From NCBI GenBank assembly GCA_963752475.1, contig CAVVYR010000007.1:96001-160000 (forward strand): DNA of 64,000 bases, read 5' to 3'. A program made the position numbers and the translations under genes. Of the stretch, positions 18,001 to 32,129 are shown one piece after another. This stretch comes from an uncultured Chloroflexia bacterium. Its GTDB lineage: Bacteria > Chloroflexota > Limnocylindria > Limnocylindrales > CSP1-4. Under the pieces are notes generated by a model. It was not told the origin of the DNA. It saw only the letters and a program-made list of their open reading frames with translations, and did no database searches. Every line of letters starts with the position of its first letter. The first letter of the stretch is position 1.

Positions 18001-18129
18001 TGCCGTCGGTGGGGGCGACGTTCGCCGGCGTCGCGACCGGCGACGGCACTCCGCGGACGTCAGGGACCATGCTCGGGACCTTCGTTCGGCACGCCATCGG
18101 GCGAGGCTTTGCTAGACTCCCCGCTACCC

Positions 18130-18215
<86 letters not shown>

Positions 18216-18260
18216 CCACGCTGGGCCTAGCTCGGAAGACCCAGGCGTCTTCCGCGGCGG

Positions 18261-20090
18261 TCAGGTCTCATCCTCGTCCCCCTGATCCTCTTCGACGTGC
18301 AGGTCCTCATCGACCGCGACCGCTGGCGCCTGCTCGGCGGGGCTCGGCTCGGCAGACGCAGCCTCGGCCATCGGCGCCTCCGGCGCAGGCAGCGCCCCAG
18401 GGCCCTCGATCCCATCGTCACGGGTGAAGTAAGCGGTAGTGGAGGGGAAGGCCATGCCCGTGCCCGCAGCCTCGACCGTGCGCATGACCATGGCCAGCAG
18501 CTCGGCCTGGACAGCCATGAACTCGTGGACGCTGGTCGTCTGGACGTAGGCGCGGGCCTCGATGTCGATCGACGAAGCGCCAAAGCCGGCCAGCAGCACG
18601 CGCGGCATGTTCTCGTCCTCTTCGACCTTGGGGTGCTCCCGCAACCCCTCGCGGATCTGGCTCACCAGCCATTCGATCTGTTCGAGCGTCGTCTCGTAGC
18701 GGACGCCGATGGTGTGCAGGAAGAGCGCGTTGTCACGCTTGGTCGAGTTGGCGATGCGGGCCTGGACGATGTCGCTGTTGGGCACCGTCAGCTGCGTGCC
18801 GTCGAGCTTGCGGATGCGCGTCGAGCGGGGGCCGATGTCCTCGACCGTGCCGTCGTCCTCGCCGAAGCGCACGTAGTCGCCGACGATGAAGGGCTTGTCC
18901 GCGAAGAGGGTCATGCCGCCGATGAGGTTCTCCAGCGTGGGCTGGGCGGCCAGGCCGACGACGAGGCCGAAGACGCTGGCGCCAGCCAGTAGACCCAGGG
19001 CCGGGATGCCGATCTGATTGGCCCCGACGAGGATGATGAGCCCGACACCCACGACGTTGATGACCCGCGCCACCAGCCGCAACAGGTGCGGGTCATACCG
19101 CTTGTCCGGGATGCGGGGCGTGGCGATAGCCCACTCCGTGACCATGTTGACCAGCTCGTAGTAGAGCCACGCGACCGCGAGCCAGAAGGCGATGGTCGTG
19201 CCGACCACCACGGCCTCCGCCAGCTCACCGCTCGGGTTCACCTGCGATTCCATGTACAACTGGTAGATGAGCAGCAGGCCGAACAGGACCAGCGGTGTCG
19301 AGGCCCCGAAGACGTGATGGCGGGCTGTGCCCTTTTCGCCCCGCCGTCCGATGAAGCGTTGCCAGATGAAGACGAGCAAGCCGATCAGCAGCCCGCCCAG
19401 CACCGCCGCGAGCGACTTCCACAGCGGGCTGCCGAAGACCCGTTCCTTGGCCAGGTCGGGCAGCGCGTCTATGAGCGCGGAGGGGACCAGGGGTCCGGTC
19501 GAGACGTCGCTGTTCCGGCGCCAGTCCCTGATGGCTCGGTCCTCGACGAGCACGGGCAGACCCTCGACCTCGTCCCGCCAGCCGGCGAGGTTGGCCACGG
19601 TCCTGGGCGTGAAGACCCAGTTGCCCGCGCGATCGCCCTCCTCGAGCGGTCGGAGCGTGATCTCCGTGCCTGGCAGCGTCCACTGCGTCAGCTCGTCGCT
19701 CGCGACCATGTCGGCGTCGGGCATCGACCCGGGCTCCGGCAAGGGGACCCGCAGCAGGATGTCCGCCAGGGATACGAAGCTCTCCTCCACGGCCTCGCTC
19801 TGCGACGCGGCCGGTACCTCGGAGAGGTCGAACAGCTCGCGCGTGCGCTCGACCTCATCGAAGTAGGCCTGCTGGGCGTCGAGCGAACGATCGGACCGAT
19901 AGGCCAGGGCGGCCTCCTCGGTGACGCCGGCTTGCTCGACGAAGGACGTGATGGTCGCCTGGGGGCTGGAGGTGTCGAGCGGTTCGAGCGGGTTCTCGCG
20001 CTCGTCCTGGGCGGTGGCCACCTGGGCGGAAAGCGCGACGACCGCCAGTGCTGCGGTCAGGGCCAGCATCAGCTGTCTGGACACGATCAT
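18261..20090 (-). CDS. MscS mechanosensitive channel with large extracytoplasmic N-domain
   Basis: DTSSPQAT, WVFTPRTV, GLAAQPTLENLIGG, DKPFIVGD, GTVEDIGPRSTRIR. Confidence 0.92.
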   Translation of the reverse strand: MIVSRQLMLALTAALAVVALSAQVATAQDERENPLEPLDTSSPQATITSFVEQAGVTEEAALAYRSDRSLDAQQAYFDEVERTRELFDLSEVPAASQSEAVEESFVSLADILLRVPLPEPGSMPDADMVASDELTQWTLPGTEITLRPLEEGDRAGNWVFTPRTVANLAGWRDEVEGLPVLVEDRAIRDWRRNSDVSTGPLVPSALIDALPDLAKERVFGSPLWKSLAAVLGGLLIGLLVFIWQRFIGRRGEKGTARHHVFGASTPLVLFGLLLIYQLYMESQVNPSGELAEAVVVGTTIAFWLAVAWLYYELVNMVTEWAIATPRIPDKRYDPHLLRLVARVINVVGVGLIILVGANQIGIPALGLLAGASVFGLVVGLAAQPTLENLIGGMTLFADKPFIVGDYVRFGEDDGTVEDIGPRSTRIRKLDGTQLTVPNSDIVQARIANSTKRDNALFLHTIGVRYETTLEQIEWLVSQIREGLREHPKVEEDENMPRVLLAGFGASSIDIEARAYVQTTSVHEFMAVQAELLAMVMRTVEAAGTGMAFPSTTAYFTRDDGIEGPGALPAPEAPMAEAASAEPSPAEQAPAVAVDEDLHVEEDQGDEDET

Positions 20091-20264
20091 CTCCTTGGGT
20101 GCATGGTCGGCACGGCGCGGACCGCGGAACTCTCGGGAAGGGGGGCGCGGTCGTGACCTGGGGTCACGGTGGCTCCACGGCTGAAGCTTCGCGCCGGCGG
20201 CGGTATTCTAGACTTTGGTGGAGGTGAATGCCGGCAGCCCTCTCAGGCCGACCGGCGCCAGCAA

Positions 20265-20352
20265 GGAGAGGTCGCATAGAGGCCTAGTGCGCGGCACTGG
20301 AAATGCCGTATGGGGAAACCCATCGCGGGTTCGAATCCCGCCCTCTCCGCCA
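20265..20352 (+). tRNA. tRNA-Ser(GGA)
   Basis: cggca-ctGGAaa-tgccg, long variable arm, CCA end. Confidence 0.96.
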
Positions 20353-20400
20353 CCCACCCCCCTTTTCCCGGTGTTTGGCGCTGTCCGCTACCATTCCTTG

Positions 20401-20669
20401 GCCGTGCTAGGCGGGGAACTAGCGGTGCCCTGTACCTGCAATCCGCTCCAGCAGGGCTGAATCCCCTCCCGAGGTCCGCCGTTCGCGGAAGCCGACGGGG
20501 CGAAAGGTGTTGAGGATCGGGTCCCGCGCAGCGGCGACGCGTGAATCACGTCAGGTCCGGAAGGAAGCAGCGTTAAGCGATGCTCACCGGGTGCCGCGGA
20601 CCGGCCTGGTCCGAGCCGATCGCTCCGGTAGGGCCCGCGAGTGGTCGAGGTCGACGGAGGGTGCACGGC
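20401..20669 (+). ncRNA. ffs: Large (Alu-domain) SRP RNA
   Basis: gccgtgc..gcacggc termini; tcaggtccggaaggaagcagc helix 8; Bacillus-type Alu sequence; TACCAT upstream. Confidence 0.93.
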
Positions 20670-20746
20670 AAACCAGCTCCTTGGTGTGTCAGTCTGTCCG
20701 CGGGCCACACCTGAGTCCCGGCGGAGGGACCGGCGCACGGAGACCG

Positions 20747-22456
20747 ATGACAGACAGCGCGACCACCATCAGCGAAACGGCCGACTCGGCCGGGCAGGCG
20801 CTCTACCGGCGCTTCCGCGCGCAGACGTTCTCCCAGATCGTGGGTCAGGACGCGGTGGTCCAGACGCTGCGCAACGCCGTCCGCCTCGATCGCCTGGGCC
20901 ACGGCTTCCTCTTCGTCGGTCCGCGGGGTACGGGCAAGACCTCGATGGCCCGCATCATGGCCAAGGCCGTCAACTGCACCGACCTGCAGGACGGGGAGCC
21001 CTGTGATGCCTGTCCCAGCTGCGTCGCGATCCGCGAGGGTCGCGCCCTCGACGTGGTCGAGCTCGACGCGGCCTCCAACAACAAGGTCGACGATATGCGT
21101 GAGCTCGTGCCGCGCGTCTACACCGGCGCGGCTGACCTCTCGCGCAAGGTCTTCATCATCGATGAGGTCCAGCGCATCAAGGAGGGCTGGGACGTCCTGC
21201 TCAAGACCCTCGAGGAGCCACCTCCGGGCGTGCTCTTCATCTTCTGCACGACGGACCCATCCCAGATCCGGCCGGCCGTCGTCTCTCGCCTGCAGCGCTT
21301 CACTTTCCGGCCCCTGGCCGTGCCCGAGATCGAGGGCAAGCTGCAGCGCATCCTCCAGGCAGAGGGTCGCAACGTGGAGCCCGAGGCCGTGGCCCTTGTG
21401 GCCCGGCTGGCCGACGGCGGAATGCGTGACGCGGAGTCGATGCTCGACCAGGTCCTGGTCAGCGCGGATGACCCCATCACGGCAGCCTCCATCCAGGATC
21501 TGCTGGGCCTGGCCGACACGGAGCTGGTCGACCACTTCATCACCGCGCTGGTCGAGGGTGACGTGCTTGCCGGCGTCGCGGTCCTCGACGAGCTCGAGAC
21601 CGAAGGCCGCGATCTGATCGCCTTCTCCGAGCAGCTCGTGACCCAGCTGCGAACCGACCTCGTGGACCGACTCTCGCAGCGTTCCGCGGCCGATCGAGCC
21701 GCGGCCCGTCCCCTCGCTCTGGCCGCGCGCCGCCTCACCGGCATCGACGCCAGTCGCTCCGGACTCGGCGGCTACCGCTGGCAGCTCGAGCTGTGTCTGC
21801 TCGCTGCTGCGGACGAGGGAGAGCGCCGATCCACACCCGCACCGGCCGCCGCGGCAGCGGCATCGAGCCCATCACCAGCGCCCACGTCGGCACCTCCGCC
21901 CGTCGCCCAGCCGTCGCCCGCGGCGCCACCTTCGCCCGCGGTGAAGTCCTCCACGACTCCGGCACCCCCACCCGCGGCGGACTTGCCACCGCCGCCAGCC
22001 CCGACCGAAGCCACGACCGAGTCCGAGCCCGCTCCAGCCGAGGCCACGACACCCGAGCCTGAGCCGCCCGCGGCAGCGGGGATCCAGACGGCGCCCGCGG
22101 GCGAGTCGGATGAGCTCACGACCATCCGCGCGTCGTGGCCGCGGATCGTCTCGGCCATCGGGGCCAACCCGGCCAACCGTCCGCTGGTCACGAACTGCCG
22201 GCCGGTCGAGCTGGCTGACGGGGCTTTGGTGCTGGGGTTCCCGGAGGACCAGGCATTCATGCGCGATATCGCGGACCGCAAGCGTCGCGTCCTCGAGGAC
22301 GGCATCGCTGCCGTCATCGGCCGCCACGTGGCGGTACGCTGCGTGGTAGCGAACCTCGAGCTCGTGGAGCCGGTGCACTCGGGAGAGGGTGACCTCGTCT
22401 CGAAGGCCAAGGAGATCTTCGATGGCGAGCTTGCCGGGATCGAGGACATCGACTAG
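20747..22456 (+). CDS. dnaX: DNA polymerase III gamma/tau
   Basis: ALYRRFRAQTF, GPRGTGKTS, ELDAASN, LLKTLEEPP. Confidence 0.95.
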   Translation: MTDSATTISETADSAGQALYRRFRAQTFSQIVGQDAVVQTLRNAVRLDRLGHGFLFVGPRGTGKTSMARIMAKAVNCTDLQDGEPCDACPSCVAIREGRALDVVELDAASNNKVDDMRELVPRVYTGAADLSRKVFIIDEVQRIKEGWDVLLKTLEEPPPGVLFIFCTTDPSQIRPAVVSRLQRFTFRPLAVPEIEGKLQRILQAEGRNVEPEAVALVARLADGGMRDAESMLDQVLVSADDPITAASIQDLLGLADTELVDHFITALVEGDVLAGVAVLDELETEGRDLIAFSEQLVTQLRTDLVDRLSQRSAADRAAARPLALAARRLTGIDASRSGLGGYRWQLELCLLAAADEGERRSTPAPAAAAAASSPSPAPTSAPPPVAQPSPAAPPSPAVKSSTTPAPPPAADLPPPPAPTEATTESEPAPAEATTPEPEPPAAAGIQTAPAGESDELTTIRASWPRIVSAIGANPANRPLVTNCRPVELADGALVLGFPEDQAFMRDIADRKRRVLEDGIAAVIGRHVAVRCVVANLELVEPVHSGEGDLVSKAKEIFDGELAGIEDID

Positions 22457-22480
22457 GACGAACAGTGAAGGAGAACGAGC

Positions 22481-22804
22481 GTGGGCATGGGCAACCTGGC
22501 CAAGATGGCCCAGCAGATGCAGGCGGACATGGCGCGAGCCCAGCAGGAGCTGGAGGAACTGCGCGTGGACGGCAGCGCCGGTGGTGGCGTGGTCAAGGCC
22601 GTCGTCACGGGCAAGGCCGACATCGTCTCGGTGACCATCGACCCGGAGGTCGTGGATCCCGACGACCTCGATGACCTGCAGGACCTCGTCGTGGCGGCCG
22701 TGACCGATGCACAAAACAACGCCAAGGCGGCAGCCGACGAGAAGATGAACAAGATCGCCGGCGGGATGGGCCTGCCGGGCGGCCTCGGCCTGCCGGGGAT
22801 GTAG
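22481..22804 (+). CDS. ybaB: YbaB/EbfC nucleoid-associated protein
   Basis: AQQMQ..GSAGGGVVK..LQDLVVAA. Confidence 0.95.
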   Translation: MGMGNLAKMAQQMQADMARAQQELEELRVDGSAGGGVVKAVVTGKADIVSVTIDPEVVDPDDLDDLQDLVVAAVTDAQNNAKAAADEKMNKIAGGMGLPGGLGLPGM

Positions 22805-22819
22805 CCAGCAGGAGTCCCC

Positions 22820-23452
22820 TTGAGCCAGCTCATCGAGCCGGTCGCCCGGCTCATCGAATCCTTCTCGCGGCTGCCCGGTGTCGGCCCCAAGACAGCGCAG
22901 CGGTTGACGTACCACCTGCTGCGCGCACCCGACACCGAGGCTCGGGCCCTGGCGGCTGCGCTCGTGTCGGTGCGCGACGATGTCGTCTTCTGCGAGCGCT
23001 GCTTCGACATCAGCACCGGCCCGCTCTGTCCCATCTGTGCGGACCCCATGCGTGACGACACCCGTCTGTGCGTCGTGGAAGAGCCGCTCGACGTGCTCGC
23101 CCTCGAGCGCACGCGTGCCTTCAAGGGCCGCTACCACGTGCTCCATGGGGCCATCTCGCCGGTCGACGGCATCGGCCCTGAGCGGCTGCACATCCGTGAA
23201 CTCCTGGACCGCGTGGCAGAGAGGGACGGGGCAGGGGAGCCCTACGAGGAGGTGGTCATCGCCACCAACCCCACGCTCGAGGGTGAGGCCACGGCCATGT
23301 ACGTGGCCGAGCGTATCGAGCAGCAGGTCGGAGCCGTCTCGCGCATCGCCCGGGGCATCCCCGTCGGAGGAGATCTGGAGTATGCGGACGAGGTCACGCT
23401 CGTGCGCGCTCTCCAGGGCCGCCATCAGCTCGAGGGAACGTCCAGGCCATGA
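22820..23452 (+). CDS. recR: Recombination mediator RecR
   Basis: LPGVGPKTAQRL, C4 zinc finger, TOPRIM ATNPTLEGEAT. Confidence 0.97.
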   Translation: MSQLIEPVARLIESFSRLPGVGPKTAQRLTYHLLRAPDTEARALAAALVSVRDDVVFCERCFDISTGPLCPICADPMRDDTRLCVVEEPLDVLALERTRAFKGRYHVLHGAISPVDGIGPERLHIRELLDRVAERDGAGEPYEEVVIATNPTLEGEATAMYVAERIEQQVGAVSRIARGIPVGGDLEYADEVTLVRALQGRHQLEGTSRP

Positions 23453-23634
23453 TGTACCTCGTCAACGAGGCGCTCCTGCGCCTCATCAAGCCGGCCATCG
23501 CCCTGGTCCTGGGTCTGATCCTCTACTGGATCATCACCACCGTCCTCGGCGAGCCTGGGGGATGGGCACTAGGGCTGCTCTGCTGGATCAGCGCCGGCAC
23601 CTTCATCCACCTCATCGAGACCGGCATCATCTGA
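23449..23634 (+). CDS. Small 2-TM membrane protein
   Basis: 61 aa, ATGA overlap with recR, high-GC3 codon usage. Confidence 0.7.
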   Translation: MMYLVNEALLRLIKPAIALVLGLILYWIITTVLGEPGGWALGLLCWISAGTFIHLIETGII

Positions 23635-23685
23635 GGCTCCGGAACGGCCACTCTCACGCTTGGAACGGCTCGATTCGGGCACCGT

Positions 23686-23714
23686 TTGACGAGTTCTCAT
23701 CGACGCCCTATAGT
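23686..23714 (+). promoter_or_regulatory. rrn sigma-70-type promoter
   Basis: TTGACG-17-TATAGT. Confidence 0.8.
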
Positions 23715-23954
23715 TCTGTCTCCGCGCGGCGAGTACCCCTCGCCACAAGCGCGCCCCGGGTCCAGCCGGGTCCGGGTCGGTAAGCCCTGTGTTTGACAGC
23801 CCTAGGCGGGCGTGCCATCATGGGCGGCCGTGCCGGGTGACAGCCAAGGCTGAACCGGCAAGCACCTTAACAAGTGAAGAGTGACAGACAAGTCTGTTTG
23901 TGTGAGTGGGACAAACCCCGAACCAAAAGAGACGTCCGCAAGGAGGTCTCTTCT

Positions 23955-25458
<1,504 letters not shown>

Positions 25459-25697
25459 GGGAGAGGGAGCCGAGGCCATCGGTGAGGCCAGAGCGCTATA
25501 CACCCTCCCAGGTTGATCGTCTCGATCGCCACCATCGTTCCGCAGGGTGGACGATGGGATGCGGACTCGTCCGCGTCAGGTCGAAGACGACCTTGCACCA
25601 AGCACCGATACTGCTCATTCAGCAGACTTTCTGTCACTCTTCAAGTGTTAAGGTGCCGTTCCTCCGGCGGGGCTAGCCCGGCCGGCAGGGATGACCT

Positions 25698-25774
25698 GGG
25701 CGTTTAGCTCAGTTGGTTAGAGCACTGCCCTGATAAGGCAGAGGTCTCTGGTTCGAGTCCAGAAACGCCCACCA
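25698..25774 (+). tRNA. tRNA-Ile(GAT)
   Basis: ctgcc-ctGATaa-ggcag; ITS position. Confidence 0.97.
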
Positions 25775-25804
25775 TCTACGTTCGGTGATAGATCGGGCCT
25801 TGGA

Positions 25805-25880
25805 GGGGGCGTAGCTCAGTTGGAAGAGCATCTCCTTTGCAAGGAGAGGGTCAGGAGTTCGAGTCTCCTCGTCTCCACCA
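25805..25880 (+). tRNA. tRNA-Ala(TGC)
   Basis: G3-U70 pair; tctcc-ttTGCaa-ggaga. Confidence 0.97.
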
Positions 25881-26274
25881 ACTCCCTGAACCGCCGAACA
25901 TGAACGAGGTACGCAGTCTGCTGACCGCACACCTGACAGAAGAACCGAATATCGGGTAGACCCCGGATGCTCTCGAAGAGCAAACCACGGCTGGACATGA
26001 CGACGGCTCGAGGTCTTCGAGCCGTCTTGTGGTGTCGCAGCCCCGGTGGACCCCTGATCCGTGGGCTCCAGGTCAAGCCTGGAGGTCACCGACCAGCGGA
26101 TCGCTGGAAACGCGAGTCTCGACTCGCAGCACCTTACAAAGTGAAGATGTGATTGATATCGGAAGATATCGAAGTAAGTCTTTTTTGAACTTCGATTTCT
26201 GCCGAGTTAAAACGACAAGGTGAATTTTCCCGGATCTCGTTCGGCAACTACCTTCGGGTGAGCTGCTGAGATGA

Positions 26275-29330
<3,056 letters not shown>

Positions 29331-29499
29331 TTCAGCAGCCCAACCAAGGGCAGCTGCCAACTAGGTCCGGAAGATTTCACCGTGTCAACGCGACGGAAGG
29401 TCGCGTCACGGCAGGGATCGAGTTCAACAGACTTACTGCGAGCGTCTGGCATTGCCGTGGCGTTCGGTCACATCTTCACGAGAAACATACGCACAAGAT

Positions 29500-29616
<117 letters not shown>

Positions 29617-29644
29617 TCTTTTGCGTTGTCCCGCTGGCTACCCT

Positions 29645-29670
29645 GAGCCGCCGTCCCGGCGGCTCTTCGT
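29645..29670 (+). terminator. Putative rrn terminator
   Basis: gagccgccg-tcc-cggcggctc followed by tt. Confidence 0.6.
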
Positions 29671-29712
29671 GTGTCCGGGGCTCTATGTGCGACGAGGCCG
29701 TATCATCGGGCC

Positions 29713-31011
29713 GTGCAACCAGAAGAGCAGCGGGCGCTGCCGGAGAGCCGTGACGGAGAGCCTCGCGACCCCCAGGGGGATGGTCGCGACGTGCCGCCCG
29801 AGTCTGCGACGCCCGTGGAGCCGGCCGGTCAGGGAACTGGTAGGTCGTCTGATGTGACGCCGCCGCGAATGCCTCGGCCGCCGCAGATGCCGTCGGGTGC
29901 GACGTCGCCCCCGTCAGGGTGGGGTGCGCCCCCTTCGCCAGCGCACGGTCCTCCGTCCGCGACCCCTCCGCCACCATCCGGCGGGATGCCAGCTGGGCAG
30001 CCGCCCATCGCCGCAGGCCCCGCCCCACGCTCATCAGTTCCGATCGAGCCGGAGCGGGCCGGTGAGTTGGTGCCGGAGCAGACACCGGGCGGGCCGCAGG
30101 CTCCCGAGGTGCTCGACGAGGCGCCGGTCGTACCCGCCTCGGTCGGCGAGTCCGACGCCCGCGAGGCGACACCTGCGGCCGAGGATGCCGCCAGCCTGCC
30201 GCCCGCTCCCGAGATGGGCGTTGCGCCCGTCGTTCAGGGTGATTGGCTCGCGAGCGTCTGTCCCTATCTCGCGTCCGACGATGGCACCTACCGCTCGGCC
30301 GCACCCGAGGAGGGGCACCGCTGCACGGCCCAGGATCCCGCGGCCACGTTGCCGCTAGCCTTCCAGGAGCGGTTCTGTCTGACCGATCGCCACCCGCGAT
30401 GCGAGATGTACAAGTTCGCCCAGGAGACCGATGCCTCTGGCGCGATCCCCGCGTCCCAGGTGCCGCCGACCGAGCCACCCACGCCCAGGACCCGTCGAGC
30501 CTCTGGCCATGGACCTGGCCGACCAGCGATCATGGCCGGTGCCGGCATCGGCGCCCTGGTCCTCGTCGTCGTGCTCGTCCTGTTGGTGAGCAGCTGCGGC
30601 GGTGACGGTGGCTCGACGGCGGACCCCGAAGCCAGCGTCGATCCCCAGGCGACCGAGGCGCCAGCGGAGGGCACACCCCGGCCGGAGCCCACCCCGGAGC
30701 CCACCCCGGAGCCCGAGCCCACGCCCGAGCCCGATGCGGACGCCACGCCGGACGAAGGCGCTGCGGGTGGGACGGATGCCGCTACTGCTGACGAGATCCG
30801 GATCCAGTATGAGATCCAGCCCGATGAAGCCTTGCGCAAGATCGCCGAGACGTTCGGCCTCAGCCGCAACCGGATCAGGCGTGAGAACCCGGGCCTTGAG
30901 GACATCACCCCGGCCGACATGCCCGGAACAGTCATCGAGTTGCCGATCACCGGAGACATGACCCTCGAGGAGGCCCAGGCGCTGCCGGGCTTCATCGGGA
31001 TCGCGCCGTAG
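29713..31011 (+). CDS. Membrane protein: Pro-rich region, Cys/His motif, TM helix, C-terminal LysM-like domain
   Basis: CPYL..HRC..FCL..HPRC; YEIQPDEALRKIAETFGLS..ENPGL..PGTVIELP; start uncertain. Confidence 0.75.
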   Translation: MQPEEQRALPESRDGEPRDPQGDGRDVPPESATPVEPAGQGTGRSSDVTPPRMPRPPQMPSGATSPPSGWGAPPSPAHGPPSATPPPPSGGMPAGQPPIAAGPAPRSSVPIEPERAGELVPEQTPGGPQAPEVLDEAPVVPASVGESDAREATPAAEDAASLPPAPEMGVAPVVQGDWLASVCPYLASDDGTYRSAAPEEGHRCTAQDPAATLPLAFQERFCLTDRHPRCEMYKFAQETDASGAIPASQVPPTEPPTPRTRRASGHGPGRPAIMAGAGIGALVLVVVLVLLVSSCGGDGGSTADPEASVDPQATEAPAEGTPRPEPTPEPTPEPEPTPEPDADATPDEGAAGGTDAATADEIRIQYEIQPDEALRKIAETFGLSRNRIRRENPGLEDITPADMPGTVIELPITGDMTLEEAQALPGFIGIAP

Positions 31012-31043
31012 ACTGGACGACGCCGGACTCACGCCTTCGCCGC

Positions 31044-31919
31044 TCAGGCCTGGCAGGAGCGACACCAACTGGTGGTAAATCCGCCTGGTGAGACCTCGCT
31101 GATGGTGGCCCCACAGCGCAGGCAAGGCTGACCTCCACGCAGATGCACGCGCAGGAAGTCGCGGGCCTGCTTCTCGAACGTCGGCGGCACCCGCACCCGT
31201 AGCTCGCCCACGGCCCACTCGCAGACCTCGCGCGCGGCGCGCCACAGCGCTTCCGACTCCTCCGGCGCCAACGACGAACGCCTGCGGAAGGGCGCCACGC
31301 GCGCAGCCCACAGGATCTCGTCGCTATAGGCGTTGCCGATGCCGGCCATGAACTCCTGGTTCTTCAGCAGGTTCTGGAGCTCGCCGTTGTGCCGCTTGAT
31401 ACGCGCCGCCCAGGTCTCGAAATCGAACGCGTCGTCGTCCGCGTCCGGCCCCAGCGTGTCCCAGCCGACGACCTCGCGCTCCACCCCCTCGGGCAGCAGG
31501 TAGACCTTGCCCATCTTCCTGGGGTCGCGGTAGCGCAACTCGACGGCCGCGTCGTCGGCGGGGATCCATTCAGCGCTCTTGGTCCAGGCGGCCGGTCGCA
31601 CTCCGGCAGGCATGCCGCTGCGCGCGCCCAGCGTCAACACCAGTGCGGTCGAGCTGAAGGCCTTGGCGCCCGGCCTGGCCAGCCCAAGGCGGCCGGTGAG
31701 CATGGCGTTGATGACGATGCGGTCGGCCCCGAAGTCGAGCGTGAGAAACTTGCCCCGTTGCTCCACGCTGCGGGCCTCGCGACCTTGGAAGCCGTGCAGC
31801 TCCGCCCCGGTCCCGCGCAGCACCAGTGGCTGTTTCACGGAGGTGGCCTCGAGCGTGCGCCCCGCGAGGGCGGCGGTGAAGGCATCGGCCAGGATGCGCA
31901 GGTCGGGAAGTTCGGGCAT
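31044..31919 (-). CDS. mutM: Fpg/Nei family DNA glycosylase
   Basis: MPELP, RGKFL, AGIGNAYSDEILW, C4 zinc finger. Confidence 0.9.
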   Translation of the reverse strand: MPELPDLRILADAFTAALAGRTLEATSVKQPLVLRGTGAELHGFQGREARSVEQRGKFLTLDFGADRIVINAMLTGRLGLARPGAKAFSSTALVLTLGARSGMPAGVRPAAWTKSAEWIPADDAAVELRYRDPRKMGKVYLLPEGVEREVVGWDTLGPDADDDAFDFETWAARIKRHNGELQNLLKNQEFMAGIGNAYSDEILWAARVAPFRRRSSLAPEESEALWRAAREVCEWAVGELRVRVPPTFEKQARDFLRVHLRGGQPCLRCGATISEVSPGGFTTSWCRSCQA

Positions 31920-32129
31920 GGACCCCATTGTTGCCTGTGGGCGCGCGTGATAGCATGCGCGGGCCCTACCTATCGCGAATACGCAGCCCACGCAGGCCCG
32001 GTTACGGAGGAGTCATCCAGCCCGATCTGGACACGGAAGACAAACCGCCGCTCTGAATGACCCGGGAATGTGCCCGGGTCTTGTGTTTGCTCGACGGGCG
32101 GGAGCTTATCGACCAAGGAGACCAAAGAC

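Noticed and set aside
20215-20264. Short hairpin upstream of tRNA-Ser(GGA) as a tRNA fragment
   Set aside because: No T-loop or acceptor match; best read as pre-tRNA leader after a TAGACT -10 element
21830-22100. Programmed frameshift in dnaX
   Set aside because: No A6G or poly-A slippery run; only a Pro/Ala linker
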